From: the human T2T-CHM13v2.0 reference genome, Homo sapiens
DNA length: 64,000 nucleotides
NCBI RefSeq assembly: GCF_009914755.1
Contig: NC_060939.1
Reading direction: 5' to 3' (one strand)
Made by a program: the position numbers and the translations under genes. This document shows positions 53,846 through 64,000 of the stretch, in pieces; within the stretch, counting starts at the first letter, position 1, and each line of letters begins with the position of its first letter. The notes beneath the pieces are model-generated. The model did no database searches, was not told the DNA's origin, and was given only the letters and a program-made list of their open reading frames with translations.

Positions 53846-56817
53846 CTGGGTAAACACACAGACATGCTGGGCCCTTGTGCAGCTGTCTCCCACTGCAGCT
53901 GACAGCTATGAAGCAGGAGCTGAGAGGGCCAGGGAGCACAGACACCCTGAGAGCTGGCTGAAGCAGTGAAGGTGCTGGCCGGCCTGGCTTTCCCTGGGGA
54001 CTTCAAATGACATTCACGACAGAGCTCAGCTACCTCCTCCCCATGCCATACCTCTTCCTCCTCCTCCTCCCTCCGTCAATGAACAGCATCCCACGCTCTA
54101 CACATCTGATACAAAACTGGGTGTCTCTTCCTGACCCCTCCCTTGGTTCACCCAAGTGGCCACCAAGTCCTGTCTGTCCTCCCATCTCCACGGCTACAGC
54201 CATGTCCCTGCCTCCCCCGCCCTGCCCACCTTCTATTCTCTCCACCTGCACTCTGCCCCTGCCATCCATGTGCCATACAGTGGCAGACTGATCTTTCTAC
54301 AGCAAACTGGACGAGGGCCCTTCCCTACCCACAGCTCTCAGAGCTGGAGGTGGAGTTGAAGCTCATGTTTTGGCTTGGCATTCAGAGCTCTTTCCCCCTC
54401 AGCACTGGCTTATCCAGAGTGCTCACAGTGCAGGGCAGGAGCCTCGTGACTCAAATGTGGGTTTGGTGCAGAACTGGGTCTGAGGTGGTGCTTTCCCTGT
54501 GAAGAGACAGGGCCGACATGGGGGAATTTTCTGGGTTCAAAGTTAGACCTACAGAGTGCAAAGTTTCTCTGAGGCACCAAATGGAGGGGTCCAGCTAGCA
54601 GCTGGCTCCTGGTCTGGAGCTTCAAGGAGAGGTCTCAGCTCAGAGCCACATTCAATAGCCAGCTTACATGTGGCCTCCTGCAGGGAGCCCCTGGAGCTTC
54701 CACAGCCTCCGTTCTGCCCCTCTGCATACCCCAGATCTCCTGCTAAGTGGCGTTTGGGTCTTCATGTCATCTCCCTCCCATGTCTGGGAGTAAAGGTGAG
54801 GTGCAGGGACTTGCGCTTGTGTACTCTGGTGTCTTAAGGGAGAGTGTGTCAAGTAGAGTGGAGGCGGCTTGGAAAGAGGGAGACTCAGAGGAGAGTGAAG
54901 GACACATGACCAGGCGAGCCTGGGAGCAGGAAAAGAGAGTGAGCAGAGGCAACTGCTGGGTCAGGGGAGCGGATGGGAGGATCAGGGAATGCGGGGGGGC
55001 TGGAGAGGTAGGGGTGGGGATGTTGGCGAGGGGCTGCCTGGCTCGCCAGGCTCAGGAGTCAGTTACATCCTCCCACAAGGGCCAGCTCACCTGGTCGCCC
55101 CAAAGACCTCCCTCTGTGGGTGGGACCAGAGGGCCAAGAGCACGGATAACCCAATTGAGCAGGACTGAGGCGGACTCAGGTGGGTGCTGGGCCGGACTCC
55201 TGGCTGTGGGGAGCAGCCGCCACCCTGCCTATTGCATCCACTTTCCAACTCGCTGCCTATCTGAGCAGATGCGATATTGGGCACCTTGTGAAACATGCTC
55301 CTGGTGCACCTGCTGCCTGCTGCCCCTCCTGCAGAGTGCCCGGGCTCTCCAGAGGGGATTCCTATGGAGGCTTGGCCTAGATTCTGAGTCCTGCCTCTCA
55401 TACCTGGGGCTGCTACCCCAGAGGCCAGCTGCTTGAGTACCCCGGAAGCCAGTCTGTAGCCCCAGGCTACAGCTGGGTCCATCCCACAGCCCTTCTCTAA
55501 TGTACCTATTTGGACTGGCTGCTCATTTCATAGAGAGGGGTGTGTCTTGCCCCAGACCATCTGGCATGTCTAAGGCAGCTGTGGGGTCAGAATCTGCAGC
55601 TCCCAGCCCTCAGCCCAGCAATAGTAGGAAAGGCTGGACCCCACATCTCTGAAGTCCCACTGGGTGGGTGTGAGCGGGCTCCCGAGTACAGGGCTGCTCT
55701 GCAGGCTGTGGGGCTCATGCGCCAGCTCTGAGCCCACCTGATGTGCTCACGTTGCTCACCTTTGGGCCTGTCCTGCCTCTCAGGCATTCGGCTGACCCTG
55801 AGGGCCTCTCCCTCATCTTGACCACCAGCTACGGGCTCTGATTTAGAGGTTCCCAGAACCTTAGACCATTTGGCCGGCCCCCCATTTCTCACCTGAGGAA
55901 ACTGAGACCAGAGAGGGATAGCAACTTTCTCAAGGACCCCCAGCAATTCAGAGGCAGAACCAGGTCTAGGAGCCTCTTCTCGATAGAGGTTCCCCCTGTC
56001 CCCTGAGCCTTCGTTAGTGCCTCATTAACTTCCCTGTAAGGAAACTGCCCCGCTGAGGCTGGAAATGGTGCTGTCCAGAGTGGTGTGTGCCAGTGACTGT
56101 GCTTGTGTTTGTACTTGTGAGTGTGTATGGGGGTGGGGATGAGGGGTGGGAATAAACGGCAGGGATGCTGGGGGCTGGATGCACTCCACCTCACCCCAAA
56201 AAGGGGCACAGCAGAGCCCAGCCAAGCACAGCACATGCTTCGACTTTCCAATCTGCTGAATGCCTGTGAGGCCGGCTGGGCCCAGAAGACAAGGGACAGG
56301 CCTTTCCCCATAGATGGCAGGGGGGACCCAGGATGGGTGGAAGCTTCTGCCGCAGCTTTGGGGGTCACAACCCAGCCCATGGGCTGACACTTAAGCAGAA
56401 AAGCCACCTCTAGGGGTCAGTCATAATCTAGTGATTCTGATGAGGAGGGCCCCACCAACCTCTGTCCAGGGTCTTGTCTGGGAAAAACTGCTCCCTGGCA
56501 GAAAGAGGCTAATAATTTGAGAGGAAGCCATAGCTGAAACCCTAAGCTGTGTGAGTGTGTGTCCAGTTTGAGAAAGCATATCCGACTTAAACATTTGTAT
56601 TGAAAAAATGGAAACATATTCCCCTTGTTTTGGAATACAAACTGCAGAAAGCAGCAGTTAACAGAATCTTATCGGAAAGGTCAGACTCTGCATCTGGAAA
56701 GGCACAGTGATTTTCAACTGCAGTGTGTGTCCTTAACTGAGGAAGGGAAGGTGAGATTTATGTTTAGTAAAAGGCAGCTATGAATTTACCTTTTATAAAG
56801 AGCTTGCTATATACTAT

Positions 56818-56960
56818 TAGTGCTTTTCAGTCATGTCAGAATCAGCCAGATGCCTGTGGAAATGCAAATTCCCAGGCTTCATTCCCAGAGATTCTGGTCC
56901 TGTGAGCCTAGGGTGGGGCCCAGAAATCTCTATGGGGTGGTGCAGCCTGCCCCAGGACCA
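56818..56960. mobile_element. MER5-type MITE
   Basis: cagaatca...aaatgcaaattcccagg...agagattctg...ggggcccagaaatct. Confidence 0.65.
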
Positions 56961-58661
56961 CACCAAGAAACACTGCAACTGGCCCACACACATCCCAGTC
57001 CACAAATATGTAGGCAGGCATCTTATCTCCACAGAACAGATAGGGAAACTGAGGTCAGAGTGGGGAAAGAAACGTCATGGGGCCACCCAGCAAGTAGTAG
57101 CAGAGCCACGATACACCCACTGCCTGCAGACACCATCTCTGATGACAGCTCCACCTCCCCACAGGAATCTTGCCTACCCCCACCCCTACCTCCTGCTGCC
57201 CCTATGGTGGGTCTCTGTCCAAGGAAGATGTATCCTAGGTCCTCTAGGCTGACTGCGGCTCAGAGGAAACCTTGGCCCAGAGTGTAGGAGCTAGAGGGGT
57301 CCTTGGAATTCACGTGGGGAATTTGAGGCCCAAAGAAGGCAGCCCTCACATTTGAACTCTGTCTGGAGAAGGGCTAGGTCTTCTTCCTGAGTGGTAGTTT
57401 TGACTTCACCAGCCTGGCCCTCAGTCAAGCTGGCTGTCCAGGCCCGCCACACCTCGGGGTGGGTGACCAGAGGCGGTGGTGCCATAAAAACACGTTTCCT
57501 GGGAGATCCACCCCCAAAGCTCCAAACATTCCAGGGCTGGTGATTTGGGGAAGCCCCCTTCCCTCTCAGCCCAGTTTCCCCATCTCTGCAACAGCCGTGC
57601 TGGTGGAGACTTCTGATACTGAGCTGCAGATTTTCTCCTGGGTGCCTACACAGCCCAGGTTGCCGGCTCCTCTGTGCCCACTCTTCAAGAAAGTCAGCTC
57701 TTAGGTAAGGAAGGTGCCTTGGCCCTATCAGGAGCAGGAGCCGGTGCACCCCCAGCTTCCCAGACCAGTGGGGATGACCCAGGCTGCCTACAAAGCTGCT
57801 GCCCAGCCCGGAGACACCCGCCTGGGAGGGTGGCCCTGGCCCTTGCAGCGGCTCTGAGAAGAGTCGGCCCCCACTCCAAAACTGGCAGAGCCACCCATGC
57901 CTTCCCTCAGCCCAAAGAGGCTTTTAGGAAAATGAATCGTCTCAAGTTCAAACCCATGGGGTTGCTGAAAGACAAGACAGTGCAGGGTGAGCTGGTGCGA
58001 GGGAGCGCTGCTCGGTGCAGACTTTGCAGGGAGGGCACTTAGGAAAAAGGACTGGAGTCTGGGAGGGTTAACTAGCTTAGGGTTAAAGGGAGGGGATGGA
58101 GCTGGAGTGAGCTGGCCTCGTCCTCCCCCTTGGGCCTTCCAGCCTGAGCTCAGGTGATTCAAGGGAGCAAGCACCTCCCTCTCCCAGCCAGGGAGTTCTC
58201 GCCACATTCTGCAATCAGTACCATTCCCCTGGGGGCTGGGTGACAGCCCCCACCTCTGGACCTGGCTGGAACTGCTGTCTCAATTCTAGATCCAAAAGAA
58301 TCTCTGGCAGCTTCTCCATCTCCCTCTCAGTCCAGCCTCACCTCTTCGCCCGTGGAGGAGCTCCAACAGCAAATCTGGCAACTGGAGGAACAAGGCAGGA
58401 AGGGCAGGGTCTGAGGAAGGAACCACCTTCAAAAGGCAGCTCTGCCACCTTCTCTCCAGGACTCTCAGGCTTGCTTTCCTATTGCTCCCTCGACATCCTT
58501 TTGCTATAATCTGCCATGTTGACGTATAGTCTTTAAAAGCAACAATGCTGTTGACGTGGAGCAGACTTCCCATTTGGGATGGTTTGGAGAAGTTAGGTTT
58601 GAGGGCATCCTCTCTTCTGCAAACTGCAGCAGTAATAGATGAGATATACAAAGTAAATAAA

Positions 58662-59001
<340 letters not shown>

Positions 59002-60374
59002 TTAATTATCTCCATGAACGAAAAGCAGACAAGAAATGCAAAGTGGTTGGAGGCTGAAGAGCCTGGACCCTCCTGGGCTTTGGGAACCAAAGATGGTGGC
59101 AAGTCCTTTGGGATAAAGAGGGACAAAATGACTCCTAGCTAGAAGCTGGGAGCTTGGGTGTACCCCAGTACTTGAAAGGATGCTAGCTGGGCGCGGTGGC
59201 TAATGCCTGTAATACCAGCACTTTGGGAGGCCGAGGGAAAGTAACTCTTATGTCAGTGTGAAGCAAATCAGACAGGACAGGGGAACATGGAGGGGAGGAG
59301 AGCCAAACCAGGGCCTGGTTCCAGACCCACCACACCTGCCCCGTTGAGCCAGGAGCACAGGTGGCTCTCTGCACAACATCAAGAGCGAGGACATGCTTTC
59401 AGCTCCACTTTAACTCAGGTTCCTAATGTGACAGCAGGCTTGTCAATCCCACTTGCCCCCGTGTCTCACACCAGAAAACTACCAGCAGCATGAGTAAGGA
59501 CAGAAGCAGGAGACAGAGGAGCCAGGGTTGGGGAATCCCATAGCAACCCACAGGCCCTCATCACACACGGCAAGGATGCGCCTTCACTGGGCTCACCACC
59601 ACCAGACATCACCTTCACTACATGATACCCTGCCTGGATAACACCACTGTAACACAAGAAACAGGTCTAGAATCTAGCATGTATGCTACACCTGAAGGAG
59701 CAAGAGACGGTAATACAATACAATGAAATTTTTAGTTTATTTAATATAAAATTTAGAGCCATAATCAAAATGTGTAATTCTGATGGGATTCACTACTTAT
59801 AAAAACTTTGCAGCGCTCTATTTTCAAATGTAAATGGTATTCTGTGGCTCCTCGCCAGCAAGTAAATAACGATCTACTCTGAAATACGTTTCACGGCTTA
59901 TTTTTGGCAAGCAGCGATTTCTCCAACTCACGTTTTCCAAGGGAAAAAAGGACGTGAAATGTCTCCAAAAGTCTCTTACGATCTTTAGATAAACTACTGT
60001 TCAACAACTGCATCTGCCAAGTCAACACATCAAGAATCCTTCACTCACAAACACTTAAGGTGAGAAAACAGTGTCTACCCATGCGGGAGAGGGACACATG
60101 ATCCATGCTTATGAAGACAGCCTGGATATCGGCTACTGGAAAGCTGCGAATGCATTTTTCTTTTTCTACTTTCCAAAATTTTTGTGAGGTGATACTTATT
60201 TCTATGTTTGTGTCTATTCTTTCTATTTTGTATTTTTTAGTAGGTACATCCTTACTATAAATCTGCTGTAGAACCAATGTCCCATACAGGACCCCACGTG
60301 CCACAGGAACCAAAAAGTCACACGCAGCGAAGACGAAGACACAGGAGACAACCTGTGTGGACAGCACAGAGCCA

Positions 60375-61562
<1,188 letters not shown>

Positions 61563-62222
61563 GGCTACACAGCTGCAGCTCAAACAGCACAGCTGCAGGT
61601 CAAACAGGCCAGTCTCTCTGCGCACGGGAACAGTCTGGGCAAGCAGGAGACGGGGAAAACGGGCACTGCCCTCGTGAGAACAAAGGACCCACAACAGGAA
61701 CCCTGCACTCACCCCCTGCCAAAGACCAACAGCCCCACGAAGCAGCCACTTCAGAAAAGGGAGAGGCATTCAAGAACTTAGAAAAGCACCTCTGGAAAAT
61801 GCTCACTTTAAAACTTTGCATGTAACTGTACATTTTAATTACAAGGTTTTTAACATCCATTTTCTCATGTATTCTTAATTAACTCTGTGAAAGTAAACAC
61901 AGCTTTTATTCTTACTCCTATAGTTACTGTGTTGGAAGTCCACCTATATGAACAAACTGTTGTAACTGAAATTTTCTGAGAACAAATCCCAAGCTCTTTC
62001 CATCGACACAAACTATATTGTTTAGTTCTCTTTATTTCCATTTGTTAAAGACCAGAATGTGTGAAATATGCATTATCAGATTAGAAAAACAAAACAAACA
62101 TCAGAAAAAGGTTTTGCAAAATAGCATTTACTAAAATCTATGACAGAAACTAGCTCTAAAACTTCCTGTTTCAAAATTTCACTGTGTGTGCACTAAGTTA
62201 GTTTTGCTGGCTGTGGACAGCA

Positions 62223-62320
62223 GGCCCACCCCATGCCGCGGGCCCACCCCACGCCGCGGGCCCACCCCACGCCGCGGGCCCACCCCACGCCACGGGCCCA
62301 CCCCACGCCACAGACCCACC
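62223..62320. repeat. 18-bp GC-rich minisatellite, about 5 copies
   Basis: ggcccaccccacgccgcg-type units at 62223, 62241, 62259, 62277 and 62295. Confidence 0.95.
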
Positions 62321-63073
62321 ATGGCCCCATGAACAGGCCAGCTGAGAGCTGCAGCCACTGCCCAGGGCTCCCTGGTCTGTACTCGGCTGCCTGACCCAAG
62401 CTGCCAGGGCTCTGCTTTCTCTATGTGTAGAAACAAAAACCAGGAGCATCAGTTGACGAAAAGCAGATTTTTATTGAACAGAGGTATAAATGTGTTTCAT
62501 TTTCTAATAAATCTCTTTCACAAATCACCTTGCTGTTTCGCTCTTCTTGAATGATCATTTTTACACAACACTGTCTGACTGTTTTGGCTTCTGCCAAGGT
62601 TAGCGTCTGTTCACAGGCTGAGTCTGACTTCCTCCTCCCACCTCCTCCTAGTCTGGCCTTCCAAAATAATGCTCACCATTCTATCACATTGACTTCAGTT
62701 TTGAAAAGAAAAGTTATCTTACAAAGTAGTAGGTACAACTCTGTAATATGTAAAGTGAGGCAATGATAGAACCAGTTTTAAAAATAACCTTCCATGATGA
62801 TTTTCATTCGCACCTACCTGCTTATTAGTAAGAATCTTTTTACATGTTTACTGCACGCCCCAATTTCTCTTCTGTGAAAAACTTCTGAGTATCATCACAC
62901 CCTCCAACTTCTCCTCTCACCTATATTGAGAAGGGTCTGCTCTTTATCCTAACATCTATACTAGGTAATTTTCAGAATATTCCTTCAATCATCAAACAAA
63001 TTTTTGAGACCCTTGCGCTAGATTTCACTATCTTAATATGAAAACCAATAATCACCTATTAAAATACAATACA

Positions 63074-63707
<634 letters not shown>

Positions 63708-63739
63708 AAACACAATACAATACAGCTAATATGATTTAC

Positions 63740-63912
63740 CTAAGAAGCTGTTGTATGAGCTGAACCAGAGGCAAACACTGTTTGCCAGAAGACTCACAGA
63801 TCCCCGTATTAATAAGGTCTTTATCCAATGGAGTCCTCCTTCTATGAAATGTTGAGGCATTTGCTTCCTGTTCATAAATTTCTTTTTCCTTCCGTGCTTC
63901 TTTTTTTGTATC
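63740..63912 (-). pseudogene. HERC2P: HERC2 pseudogene exon
   Basis: 173-nt exon, TTACAG|...|GTAAAT, encoding DTKKEARKEKEIYEQEANASTFHRRRTPLDKDLINTGICESSGKQCLPLVQLIQQLLR, matching HERC2. The following HERC2 exon (NIASQTVARL...) was not found in the window. Confidence 0.9.
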
Positions 63913-64000
63913 CTGTAATTGATAAACAGAAATTGTTTACAAGTGATCTCATTACCAGGTGTGAAGGCACACAGGCTGGCTGAGCCCTGACCCCAGTGCC

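Noticed and set aside
54000-58500. Cluster of 60-229 aa ORFs in GC-rich sequence
   Set aside because: No recognisable protein similarity or exon chain; consistent with duplicated GC-rich intronic DNA, probably a CHRNB4 intron.

Overview
Human (primate) genomic DNA from a chromosome 15q11-q13-type segmental-duplication block; it is not microbial. It contains a GOLGA8-family golgin gene on the minus strand (CDS 11310-21646; an intact ~647-aa ORF can be spliced) and a GOLGA6L-family gene on the plus strand (42335-50091, ~828 aa, with a large coding VNTR). The two genes are head-to-head about 20.6 kb apart. The block also carries duplicated, intron-containing fragments of MPHOSPH10 (34658-38520), CHRNB4 exon 2 (53697-53845) and HERC2 (63740-63912), a 7SL pseudogene, and many Alu, L1, L2, MIR, MER and LTR repeats. 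The most unusual structure is a pair of mutually inverted tandem arrays (940-4170 and 31985-34190), each abutting an LTR15-like LTR. They are built from ~450-bp units of a sense Alu left monomer plus an antisense AluSp. The units carry dense, strand-asymmetric A>G substitutions, which is what a genome-fixed (retro-copied) ADAR A-to-I hyper-edited Alu RNA would look like after tandem amplification. Also notable are two unidentified minus-strand exons that splice in frame upstream of GOLGA8, a compensated frameshift and a new C-terminus in GOLGA8, and several informative junctions. Paralog identity (for example GOLGA8F/G versus CP/DP) cannot be fixed without alignment. Repeat subfamily names and reference-protein comparisons are from recall, not from a search.
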